Shown in pieces: positions 13,061-25,900 of a stretch of DNA of 64,000 nucleotides. Under the pieces are notes generated by a model. That model searched no databases. It saw only the letters and a program-made list of their open reading frames with translations, and had not been told where the DNA came from. The position numbers and the translations under genes are program-made. The DNA lies in NCBI GenBank assembly GCA_044892525.1, contig CM097887.1, forward strand, positions 42,284,001 through 42,348,000. The letters run 5' to 3'. The stretch is from Schmidtea polychroa (lineage: Eukaryota). Within the stretch, counting starts at the first letter, position 1; every line of letters starts with the position of its first letter.

Positions 13061-15594
13061 TAGGGTTTGCAAATTACCCGAAATCTTAATACCCGGGTAA
13101 TCGAGTATTATTTTGTTTAAATACCCGGGTACTCGGGTACTCGAAAAAAAATTATTTTATGAATAAAAACAAAGTAAAGAACTAATTTTAATTAATATAA
13201 ACAAAAACAAAACAAATTCATTTATTCAACAAAAAACAAAGAAAAAATTAATAGTGAAATTTCACAATACATAAGTATAAATACAAAAATAACTACAAAA
13301 ATAACTAATTATTTTTATTAAAATAATATTTTAAAAATACCAATGCGTTAACAGTATCTGTGCCTAATCTATTGCGTACTTTATTAATAGTATTACTAGC
13401 AACTGAAAATACCCTCTCAGATGATGTTGATGTTGGGCTTATTGACAATAGAGCTTCATATAAATTATTCATATTGCTACTTCTTTTGCCATCGTTTCCC
13501 TCAATAAATTTGAATTCTTTGTCAACATTAAAACTAGATTTATGATGTTTTAATTTTGTTATAGATTCGATACTTTTTTGTAAATTGTAGTGTTCAGCTT
13601 CTATACGTTCATCATCCTCTATTTCAATTTCTGACTCTTCATCAATTTCACTTTGATTACTTCCCTCTTCTAAAAACAGCCTGTGAAACATTTGTTTTGC
13701 AAAATTCTTTGTAATAAATTTTGAAGAATAGTTTAAAAAATCATTTTCATTTTGTTTTGGAAAAGTACCATGGTGTAAGAATAATAGTAATGATATTAAT
13801 TCTTTATATCTACGTTTTTCAATTTCAATCTTCAATATTTCAAATAAATTCAGCGAAAATTCTGTATTAATTTTCTTCAATCTTTGGAAAACGTATAACA
13901 TTGTACCTTCTGCTGTCAATAAATTAGCACTGTCTTTACTCAGTTGTTCTACAGCTAACATGGTTGGCTCAAGTGTAGTTGACACATTTTTTAAAACACT
14001 AACATAATCTTCATTAAAACATTGGAAACCAAGTTCATCTAATGCATTATTTATGCAATTAATTAGTTTTAGGAATCTATTTATAGATTGAGCCAATGAG
14101 TTCCAACGTGTTGGTACATCTAATATCAATTTTAGTTCTTGTACTTCTTGTTGTCGTTAATAAAATTTCTGTTCGTATTGATGAATTTCTGAGAAATTTA
14201 ATCATTTTTCTCATTTCGTATAATGCTGGTTTAATATCTGAAATTAAGACATGATTTTGTGAATCTTCTACAATTACTAAATTTTCGTCATCTTCTTGGT
14301 CATCTCCTTCGTCTCCACAGAAAAGCTCATCCTCATAATCTTTTTCAACATTTGCAATATCATCTGAATTAATCTTTTTATATATAACTTTAAGTATAGC
14401 CAAATGTACAGCATGGTTATAACATAGCTGTTTCTCAGCGGTAATAAGTGAACAGTATTTTACCATCACGCTGGCACCATCATTTGTTGAAGCAACAATA
14501 TCTTTCCTTAGACTTACACCAAATTCTCTCAAAATATTTTCCACCAATTCTTTGGTTTTTTCAGCTGTACACTTTTCTGTGATTGTTACTAAGCCAAGAG
14601 CAAACTGTTGCAAATTCGATGACCGTAAATTAACATTCAAATATCTCCGCATTGAAACGTCTGTCCACTCATCAACGGAAATACTAAATTTCTTCTTCAA
14701 ACTTAATAATTTCTGTAATTCGTTTTTTGTTTCAACTTTTTTTTCCTCAAAAAAATCTAATATATTCTTGCGAACTGTATTGCAGCTTCTCGGCATATTA
14801 TAATGGCGGCTCGCAACATATCCTCTAATTGCATCAGAATGAACAATGGCATTGAACGAAAATCCATCCTTGGCTGCGCATTTTGATAAAATTTCATTCA
14901 AACTTTCCTTTTTTATGAAATTCGTAATTAATGAATTAGATGACTTATTTTGTTTAGATGTTGAAGCCTCAGAATTAAATTCATCAAAGTTGCTTGCATT
15001 AATAAAAATTCTGTGAAGTTTTAGATGGTTAATTAAACCAGTAGTATTTCCCCCCTTACAACTTAGTCGTGCTCCGCAATCATAGCATTTAGCTTCGCCT
15101 TTATCTATTTTTTGAAAATGATTCCATGCTTCAGACTTTCGTTTGCTCATTTTAGCAACGGGTAAATAAAACTAAAAAAAATATATAACTTTCTGTAAAA
15201 AATAATTTATTTATTATTTATAGAAAAGAGCATACATAAAGTAAAATAAATATAGTTTTAAATGAATTAAGATTTGACTAGTGAATTAAACCGATTTACA
15301 TTTGAAAACTGAAATCAATATAAATAAAAATCAGCTGATTTTAACTCAGTATTGCTATTGCAATACTACCCAATATTGTCAACATTTCTTAAAATCCCTA
15401 TAAGCAATAGTACTCATTTTAGTTAAACTTTAAGTTTCGGAATTTTCATATAGTGATTTAGATATTTTTTTAAATAATTTAACCGAATTTTGAATCCCGG
15501 GTACTCGATTCGAATTACCCGGGTATTAAATTACCCGTGCAACTACCGAAAATGGTGGGTATTCGAGTACTCGGGTACTTGATTGCAAACCCTA
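13061..15594 (-). mobile_element. Near-intact hAT DNA transposon (2534 bp)
   Basis: Perfect 12-bp TIRs (tagggtttgcaa at 13061, ttgcaaacccta ending at 15594) and clustered subterminal tacccg/cgggta repeats at both ends. It encloses the transposase ORFs. No 8-bp TSD is preserved (gttcatag vs gtttttta). Confidence 0.93.
13305..15150 (-). pseudogene. hAT transposase with one frameshift near 14160
   Basis: BED zinc finger (AWNHF..AKCYDC..GNTTGLINHLKLH), SVDEWTD, TNDGAS and CYNH in ORF 14077-15150. LDVPTRWNS and the SPTSTSSERVFS dimerisation domain follow in a second frame (13305-14129). Confidence 0.92.
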
Positions 15595-15985
15595 GTTTTT
15601 TAATAAATACATTATTTTATATAAGACTATCTGATAAAATATTTATCAGAAAAACTCGAAGAAATAAACGGGGTAAACGTGTGTCGTATAATAATTAACG
15701 ACAAAGAAGATGAATCTCAGTCTAAAAAGGATACGGAAGAAAAGGCAGTGAATATGTTTCTATTATTTCACAAAATATAACAAAGGAAAAAGGTGAAGAT
15801 GAGGATTGTGTGTAATAAGTAAATATTATAACATGAATTTTGTAAAAATTCAATAAGATTGAAAACATTTACTTTTTAAAACTTTACTGTAATATATATA
15901 TATATAGGAAATCCCCAAAATAAATAAAATTGTTAAGGTCTCAATAAAATGGCTTGAGATTCTCAACGTGCACTGTTTGCTTATA

Positions 15986-16020
15986 CAGTAGAACCTCGAT
16001 TATCCGGACTAATTGGGGAT
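15986..16020. mobile_element. Single end of a pogo/Tigger-type element
   Basis: ta|cagtagaacctcgattatccgga is a Tigger-type TIR start preceded by TA. The partner end was not found. Confidence 0.45.
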
Positions 16021-16379
16021 TAAGGTAGTATGAGGAACACAAATCTTATATGTAAGATTTATGCAATATTAAAATTTGCCAATTTCTTCACAATCTGCAT
16101 CTCTTTTCAATCTCGCAATATAACTCGAATTTTTACACAATTAAGATGGTTGTTAAGTTTTGTGTGTGAATGTTATGTGATGCTTGTTATGTTGTGTGTA
16201 AAGCTTTAGACTATTCTATTGTGTCTATCTTAACCCCTTCAGACCTGGTGTGCATAATTTTGCTCACCAACTTCATGCACATCAACATCAATATATTTTT
16301 AATCACGTTACAATTATTAAATAATGTCAATATTTATAAGCATAACCTAAAATTTCTGTTAGTGTGTGTCTAGTTGTTC

Positions 16380-16800
16380 CTGAGATACTCCATAATTAAA
16401 TCATCATGGCTGAGTAATTTTTTATTCGACCAAATATCAATTCTGTTGACTTGGCTGCCCTTTTTATACTCATCATATAATTAAATTCTTTTCCGTTCAT
16501 TTTGATTTTGTCATTTTGGGCATCTTCTCTCCGGACTTCTTGCTGACCTAATTTGTTTTGAATTTCGAGGTTATAGGTTTTGGGACAATTCATTTATTTT
16601 TATAATAATTTGATCGAATTTAATTTACCATTGGGTCTCTTTTCTCTCGGCTTTTCCTGATTCCCCAATTTGGCGTGACCTAATTAAAAAAGCTTGTTGA
16701 TCACTCGGATTTCCCCACACTTCTCTGGTTTCCAATTTTGTGCCTATTTCACTAAATCCCATTATACCCCCCCCCTTTAATTTAGATTCGTCTTCGAATC
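16380..16800 (-). mobile_element. LTR fragment with polypurine tract
   Basis: On the minus strand a purine tract aaagggggggg (~16767-16777) is followed by LTR-like sequence resembling the other LTR fragments in the window. Confidence 0.4.
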
Positions 16801-17059
16801 TTTACATAAAATTTCCAGCGCATCGTTTTGTATTATACAACACCGATATAGTAACAATAGTAATAATAGTTATTTTGATTTTTTTGTGAAATACAATTTA
16901 ATTTGGTAATTGAATTTGTGTTCAACACAAATTAAATTATTTCGGGTGATATTCTCCCGGTGGTGTCGATTTTACTGAAGTCATTTAATGTTTCGGAGAC
17001 ATTATGAAAATTTATGATGCTAGCCCACGATTGATAGTCTATGTTAGGGTGTTTGTCGT

Positions 17060-17720
17060 TTTTAATTAATTTTTTTGAAGGTATTTAAGCTTTTATTTCA
17101 AAGACCTCAACAACTACGTTAGGAATAACAACCGGGACAGTGAAGAAATGGTGGGAAATCGGAGATTAAGTAGTGATGCTCGATTTAAAGAATGCCTATT
17201 TGCCGTTTTATGTCAGAGAATATCTATATTGGAAATACTAAAAAGTTCGATACAAAGAAAAGGCTTCAACTGTAGTTCAAAAATAATTTCTCTAGAGTTC
17301 AAAAAGATGTTAAGCCCCAACCGTAGAATTCAAAATGTGACAGATGACTGCATTGATGACATTGCCAATGATGCGAGCATAATTCAAATAACGAGTGCGA
17401 GTCATTTGACTCGATATAACTTAATTTCAAAAGTAGCAATCAATAGAAAATGCAAAGGTTCTTGGGATCAGAAGAAATTAGAATGATGCTATCGAAAGTG
17501 AAATGACTAGTCGTATGTTGTTCTCTATATGCAGAAAGCTTGTAGGACATTACATGGTTGTAGGATAACTAAGAGTAGCATGTTGATATTTTAAAAGAAC
17601 TGCAAACGACACGAAATTGAAAAAGATCTCAGTAAAATATTTATCAAGGTTTCTATCAATGAAAGAAAATCGAAAATTTGTTCAAAAAAATGATGAATCA
17701 CATTAAAAAGAGAGTTTCAA
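17060..17720 (+). mobile_element. LTR-retrotransposon reverse transcriptase/RNase H remnant
   Basis: Frameshifted motifs VVMLDLKNAYL, CIDDI (YxDD-like), AKVLG and MTSRMLFSICRKLVGHYMVVG*LRVAC occur in the expected order. Confidence 0.65.
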
Positions 17721-18768
17721 GCTATGTTAATAAAAGCTAATATTTATTTATATATTATATACATGAATTATTACGCGATGGGCGAACGTGAATCCCATTT
17801 TACATGCAATGATGAAATATAATTCTTATTTGAATTACAAATCGGTTAAATTTCCCCTTTCGTATGTTTCTCCCTTAGAAATTTTCGTTTAATGTTTAAT
17901 CGAATTTGCTCATTAAGATTTTCTGATATTTCTCTATTAAAATCAAAAATAAACTTTATAAAATTAAAATTTTTAAAAAATATTAAAAGTTAGTATTTTA
18001 TTATTTAAAAAATATTTCTATCATTATTAATATACTTGCGAAATCCCGGCATGTGTTGCAATGCCCCTCAAAAAATTTTTATACATTACATACACAAACC
18101 TAACACCAACGGCACGGAAACAACAACTTCCCAAAGTTTCGTCGGAATCTGGCAAACAGTGAATATTGAAATAAATATCAATAAATAAAATTTATTTAAT
18201 AGCGATTTTATAGAAAAAACATTAACTTACAAAAAATTCAAATTAATGAAAAAGTTTATTATTTCTAGAGTTTTAACTGATTTGTAACTGATGATATATA
18301 TAAAATTTCATTTCTATTTATATTATTTATGATAATCAAAACTATATTGATTTATAAAAAATAATTATAATGTACAAACTATTTATTTTACATTACGTTG
18401 CAATACATACATTGTCTGAAACATAGATAAATACTCTAAATTTCAAGGTTACATCAACTCAATAGCATTAATAATAATACATATAACTATGATAGAAAAT
18501 GTATGAAAAATTAAACTGAAAAAGGAATAGGATTTCTCGTCTAAGGTCTATCTACCGTATAGCAAAATTTCAGCACTATAGTACGAGTATAAATTGAGTA
18601 ATGTTAGAAAATGTATGAAAATAAATTTTTCAAAATTCCGACTTTACCTCACTTCTGCTCACTAAAAAACTGAAGCCATCGCCCTATCGACCTCACAAAC
18701 AATAGGGTTCATCATTAAAGATGTATCTACCAAATAACGAAAGTTTTAAGACGATAGTTCTAACCACT

Positions 18769-18902
18769 NNNNNNNNNNNNNNNNNNNNNNNNNNNNNNNN
18801 NNNNNNNNNNNNNNNNNNNNNNNNNNNNNNNNNNNNNNNNNNNNNNNNNNNNNNNNNNNNNNNNNNNNNNNNNNNNNNNNNNNNNNNNNNNNNNNNNNNN
18901 NN
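18769..18902. other. Assembly gap (134 N)
   Basis: Run of N. Confidence 1.
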
Positions 18903-19015
18903 TATTTGACAATATTAAAATAATATTAATATAATAAATAAATATTACAAAATTTTATAAAATATTTTTTGCGAATAAAAAGATCATAGATGTTTAAATC
19001 GAATTTTACTGGATT

Positions 19016-19953
19016 TCATTTATTCAATGAATTGAATTTTCGGTCGACGTTATACGCCTTGATCCAGACATCGGTTAAGCAAACCACTGAATGGAATCGG
19101 AAAAAGAGAATTAACGGAAAAACGATATTTCCAAAAATCTTCCAGGTCTCCGAATTGAAATATTTCATTTCTATCACATACAAATCATACTTCGGTCCTT
19201 GAATCACTTCATTTAGCCACATGGATAAGTTAGAAATTATAGCAAATGTGACAAAAGATCGGCCTGGTTTTTCTTTAATTTGTTTTCTACTTCCTAAACA
19301 CTTCCTTGAACTTTCGAATACGAACAAAACTTGAATTGATGCCTGAATGATGCTAAATAGAGCTTTGACTCTGATTACATTCAACGCCATGGAAATAAAT
19401 ATTTCATTTATTTTTGGATTATGAATTAACAGAATTGTTAGCATCGTATTGTACAAGCAAACTCCACTCCAACCAATCATTAATAAGTTACCATCAAAAG
19501 CTTCCTCTTCTGATAGATCCCTAAAATTGAAATCTTTCATTTTTACTATGGCAATTATTATAGACAAAAGCAAAAGAGAGAGAAACAATAAATCACAGCA
19601 ATTATGCAGAAACCGCCCTTCAATCACATTGACCTTTTCGAGAAATTGCCCAATCGACAGATTAACGATTGATAAAACAAAGATAATTAATCCTAAAAAT
19701 AGGCCTTTGAAGGTACCATGAAATTTACTAAAAACTGATTGATAGGTCTCCATTTCAGACATTTGGTGATTGATTGAAGAAATGGGAAACGACGTGGAGA
19801 GGCTGTGGAGATATTTATAAAATACTGCTGCACATATTAAACAATATTCTACACAGCAAGGATTTATATAACGATTTATATATTTTGAAAAGGTAGATCC
19901 TCTTTGGACATGATAAAAGGTCTGATTTAGAAGGCCTTCATTGAAAGAATAAG
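19016..19953 (-). CDS. OTOP: Otopetrin last exon (C-terminal six-TM half)
   Basis: Acceptor ttttag at 19954-19959. Open frame from TYSFNEG..VEYCLICAAVFY through FFRFHS..AYNVDRKFNSLNK to the stop. Confidence 0.95.
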
Positions 19954-22900
19954 CTAAAATACATACAATTAAATAATAATTAAATATTGAAATTTAACAA
20001 ATATTATTAAATGGGGGTTCATCGGAATATCTTGGTCACCAAAAGTTAATAATTGTTAAAACCCTCCAACGACCATCACCGAGATATATGACGTTTAAAC
20101 TGATATTCCTTCCTTCGTCCCATCATATATAATATATTATGTATGTAAACAAAAGTACAGGCATCTATCGAATTACGCATTGAATTAGTTATAAAACTGA
20201 CTTGAAATTTTTGAAAAAAAAATTTAATTTTCATAAGTTATATCCCACGTTATTTAACCATTATTATAAGAAAAGCAAAAGAAATTTTAAACACGTAATT
20301 CAAGTTATGCAGTACTCTAACGTTACATGTAGCTGAAATATGTATATATTGTACAAAATAAGTAATTAGGTGTGTGTATTAAAAGTGTGTAATAATGTAA
20401 ATGAAATATTTTAATGTTACACAATTTCCATATTCAATCTGCTATAAAAAGATAACTGTATATGTCGTAGGCAAATGGTAATTTTAGGAAAATAACATTT
20501 GGCTAGGCAAATACCATTTGCTTGGTCAAATAGCTTTAGCTATTATTTCATTTCCATTGCTTGGGGGTGTGTGGTGTTGAATGTACGTGTACCCTTGTGA
20601 CCCGTACCCCTAGGGGGACAAATTATGGAAATGAAATAATAGCTAAAGCTGGCATTTTGCCTAGCCAAATGTTATTTTCCTAAAATTACCATTTGCCTAC
20701 GACATATACACTGCGAGATAGATGCACACATCAATTTTAGTGTCATTCAATTAGAACTACATCAATTAGACAAATGAAAAATGCATCGTGTTATGTGTAC
20801 ATCCTTCGACATTACAAATGAGCATAAAATTTTAATTTTATTGTGGGTTTCTCTATTTTCTATTTAACCACAGGATATGTAACGTGAATATGACGTAGAA
20901 CTTGCCGGCTTAAACCATATTCAATATGGAAATGATTCATCCATTTATAAAATTTTATGAATCAATAAATCAATTTAATGTGAATATTTTATGAAGTTTT
21001 TAATTATATTGAAGAAAAGGCTGATGAAAATGATGGTCATATTGAAATATGGAAAATGAGTAAGTTTACCAAGCGGTAATATTACTTTCCTTATCTTTGG
21101 AAGAAATAAAAATAATTGACAAAAGTTTTCATAAAAATAAATTAGAACCTCGACAATATAAATTTAACTAAACCGTCAGATAAATGTATGTGTTTCATTA
21201 ACAAAATTAACAGTAAATTAGAGTTTATAAAATTTCTATAATAAAAAATGCACTCAACAAAAATTGTTACAGATAAATTTAAGAATTAAAAAAATTACGA
21301 ATATTTTGAAAGGTATTTCTAATTCACAAAAGGAGATATCCCTTTCTGGTACGCTGTATTCAAAATGATTTGATTAGTACTAAGTTAAATTCATTTTAAC
21401 TCATTTTTACTATACTGCTACTTGTCTTTCTTTGACAAACTGGCAATTCTGTTTATTTGCCGGTCACTTTTATACCCGTCTCGTAATTTTAATATCGCCC
21501 TATCAAATTAGTTTGGATACTTTTCTCCGGGATTCTTCTTACCGATCTAATTGGCTTCGGCAATTTATTCATTTTTTGATAGTTTACACTAATTTAATTA
21601 CTCGTCGGCTAATTCTATTGTTCCTTCCTAATTTGATTGACCACACGGGTCCTTTCACACAGCTCGAGTTTTCCATTGGCTCGGGTTTTTATTAGCTAAT
21701 TAATTTTTAATTAATTTTAGTTTTTGTAATTGCTTCCTTCTGGGGACCCCCGTTAACTTGATTTTTATTATATTTGAACTCGTCTCATTGTTCGGCATCC
21801 GCTCATACCAGTTTCCCCCGGAAAATATTCCTTTTTAATTTTTTTGATTTTTAATTAATATTTTTATACTTTAAATTATTATTGTGAATTTGATGTTCTT
21901 ATTGATTTTCACCTATAGAGATTATAGTATTTTTTTACACGTATTCAATATTAATTGTGATTTTTATAACATTTGCATTTGTTTTTTTTTGTCTTATTCA
22001 AAACATTCCTTCGCATTGATTTGTCGGTTTTAATTTGTTTTTAATAAAAAATGTTTATAATAAAATAAAATACTTCGATTAAAATGTTTATTTATTGACA
22101 TTTCGTGGTCTATTTCATCGACTACCATTTTCAACCATAAACAAATATTTGTAATAACAATCTGACTGATCAAAACTCGAAAGACAATATGATTGCAATG
22201 GAAGCTGATCTAAATTGAAAATATTGCACAATTAAATTATATAATCATTACAATTAAAATTTATATTAAATATTGTATATGTTACAGTTAAAGTATAAAC
22301 CTAGACGGTTCTAGGACAAAATGGTACGGACAAAATGGTACTAGGATTAAATGGTACTAGTATTAAATTATATAGATTTAACTTTGTTTAAATAGAATAA
22401 TAAGTTTATTTTTTTTTCAAATGCATTTAATTAATTATTGCCCTAACACATAAGTAAGTATTTTTTATTTAGCATAAATTTCTGACTCTTTCCGTCTTTC
22501 GTTTAATAATATTAAAAACAATCCAAAAATCTAGACAATATATAAATTATAATGAATAAATAAATTTAAAAAAAACTAGTGTCAAACATCTAAGACTATA
22601 GGCCTACTCAGTTACAATGTTTAGTTTATGCTTAAACAGTAAACACCTGCAATACAGTGTCTCTCAGACAACATTTATATTGAGCACACGCGCAATATCT
22701 CCCAAATATGTAACCAGATCTCGGTTGTTATAATCGACTACCATGGTGTGAAGTGCTTCATTTATGCGGACGTATTCTTCTTGATGTGACAGTTTGTTGT
22801 ACGCTTCAATAATCTTACAACGATTTAATTTTTATTTTTTCCCATTGAATCACAAAAATTTAAAATAATAACATAAACAATGAAATGATCAAACATAATG

Positions 22901-25900
22901 CACTTAGTGCCTCTGAAAAAAATTGATTTTTCCTCTTTTTTGCCTGGCTAATTTATATTGGATTGGAGTAAACGTAAACAAAAAATCTATTCCAAGTCAT
23001 TTTTTAATTTCAAAGGTTTGATTTCTCAATTTAATTCAATTATTTCATAACAATATTATACAATAGTGATTTAAATAATTAAATCAATAATCTTTAAAAT
23101 TATTAATTAGTTAATTTTTCATGTATGTTGGGGGTATTTTAATTTAATATAAAATGTCACCAAGAACCAATAAATAAACAAAATATATAATTGCAGCTTA
23201 ATAACATAAATAAATAAGTTGATCAATCACATCCAATTTGTTAATAATCCTATTATTCACATAGATATTGTCATCATTGATTATTGTCCACATGTATATT
23301 TATCCTATATTTATTTGTTCCTATTATGTAATGTTTCAGTTTTAAAATCTAAGTGTTCATCCATCTTCTAACAGTTGCTTATATCCCACTATATCCCACT
23401 TATATCCCACTTATATCTCACTTTCATAAATACTTCGGCATTTTTATTACTCCATGAAGCTTGTTGTCACTCCTTAATCCTACTAATTCTATTGCTCTTT
23501 TAAATCGAAGTTCATTGCTCGTTCTTTCCCCAAATTTGGCTTCAATGTTGCATATTTCTATATTATTATTATATTCAGTTGCATTTGCCCTGTTATTTCG
23601 GACAACTTTCATTAGTTTTATGTCAAACCTACGTAATAAATCGATTCCTCCAATTATCGATGGAGATACATTTTCAACTACTAGAAAAACAATATTTTCT
23701 TCTCTACTTCCTATATTTATTCTAAGCTTGATTCTTCCCCAAGTTTTTAATGGACTCCCATTTGCGCACCAAATTTTGTCTCCGCGTTCGTTTAAAACTG
23801 GATTTCCGATCTCCTTTATAATCGAACTATCAATCACATTCATTCTAGCTCCTTTATCCAACAAACAATTCTTAAAGTAATTATTTATGCCTATTATTAC
23901 ACATGGACGTCCACCCATTTTATCATAAACAATATTATACTGATCTTTCTTCAAATATGTTTTACTTCTATTTTGTATTCTACAGTCACATGTATCAAAT
24001 ATTCTCTCCTTTTCATTATGTGCATAAATCATATTTTCTGTTTTTTAAAATTATTTTACGTCATCTATCGATAAAATCTGAGTACAATTATTTTCGAATT
24101 CTTTTTTATTATCGTCATCAATTTTTATTTTTTTAAAATTATTTTCATTCGGCATTTTTAAACAAAATTGCATCATGAATATCCGTAACTTTATTTTTTA
24201 CATTTTACATTATTTAACATTGATTCGCTTTTTTAAAATTTGTTTCCAGCTCATTATTTTTTTCAACTAAATCGATATTTCCTACAATTTTACTGCTACA
24301 ATTATTTCTAATTACATTATTCTCATCCAACATTTTATCATTTACTTTATTTAAATTATCTACGAAAGGAATTATACTATTCACGTTATTATTAATATTT
24401 TCTACATTATATACATTATTTACAAAAGGACTTATACTATTCACTTTACGACTAATACTATTAATATATTTATATCTACTTATACAATTATATTGGCATA
24501 CACAATCGTCATTATTACCCATTAATTCATTGCTCCGATCATCTCGCCTATGGATGGAGCTTCTTGGTTTCGGGAGTCTTCGTCTTGACATGAGATCTTT
24601 TCGTCGTTCTCGGCTTGATCAGTCTGAAACGCGGCTACCTGTGTCCGTCTCGGTGGTCCACACTCGTCTGGGCATCTTCTTCTGTCTGTCTGATTCCCGC
24701 TTTGAAATCGTAAGTGGCGTCTTCTACCGCATCCTGAGCACGATATTGATGGGTATTTCTCTTCTTTTGTGTCCAATATCTTTACACGCAAAACATATTG
24801 TTGAGTTTTTATTTGTAAGTCGGTCCTTTCTCTGACTCCTCGTGTTCTTATTTTACCAAATCAATGAAAACTCAACACAAAATAACTTTATTTGATTTTT
24901 ATCACAATTACAATTCGTCACTATTTGCACCTTTCTCTCAATTCAAATTTATTTCGTTAAGGTATAGAACCCAAGGGGCAATTACCTTTTCCTGTACGAG
25001 TCTAGCTTCTTTATAATTCACAAATTTCCTCTTTTGACTTGTCCTTGCTGGATTTTCTGTTTAGCTTTTCCTTTTTCTCTTCGACCAAATGGCGGCTTGC
25101 TCATTTCTAAGCTCTCCTCTTATACTGTGTCTAAGAGGCCAATTATCTAGCAAATTCAAATTAATTGTTTCCCCGGGCACCCTAAGTAAATTTTGAAAGG
25201 TTTGACAATTATTTTAATTTGTTTACCCTGAAATTATAAATCGAATTATTATTACCTTATCTGGTGTCTCGGGTCTCACTGCGCATCGGGTTTTCTTCAG
25301 TGCTCGGGTTTCCCATGGGCTCGGGCTTTCCATTGGCTCGGGCTTTCCATTACAGATTAATTAATTTTAATTAATTTGTTTTTCCTTATTAACTTTTTCT
25401 ATGATCACCCTATTACATTTTTATTATGCTTTCTAACCTCGTCTAACAATTTGGCATTCAACCATACCCGATACCCCCGTTCAATATTGATTTTTAATTT
25501 TCATTAAATTTTAATTAATTTTGTACTTATATTGATTTTACCAATTTTTGTTCTGCTTTCTGGTACCATGTGAAATTTATTTTGCTTTTGCTCTAACCCC
25601 AACAATATCATGTATGCATTCTGTGATCTCTGATTGCACTCTATGGATTGGTGCCCTTGGTTCTCGACATTCTCAACTCACCTTATGACCCACCTCCTGA
25701 CAATTCCAACATGTAATAACTGGTCTATTTCTAACGGGCATTTCTCTTCGTTGAAATTTGCTCTGGAAATTATATGCTTTCATGCTTGGTGTTGAATCAT
25801 ATCTTTGTTCACTTCGTTGTGAATTTATAAAAATTCTGTTTGGGTTCTGTCTGTCGGTAAATACTTTTCTTGTCTTGACAATACTCGCAAACGTGTCCTT

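Noticed and set aside
18030-18768. Helitron/HINE-like non-autonomous sequence
   Set aside because: Only a vague resemblance of the 5' motif; the 3' end runs into a gap and no diagnostic terminus is visible.
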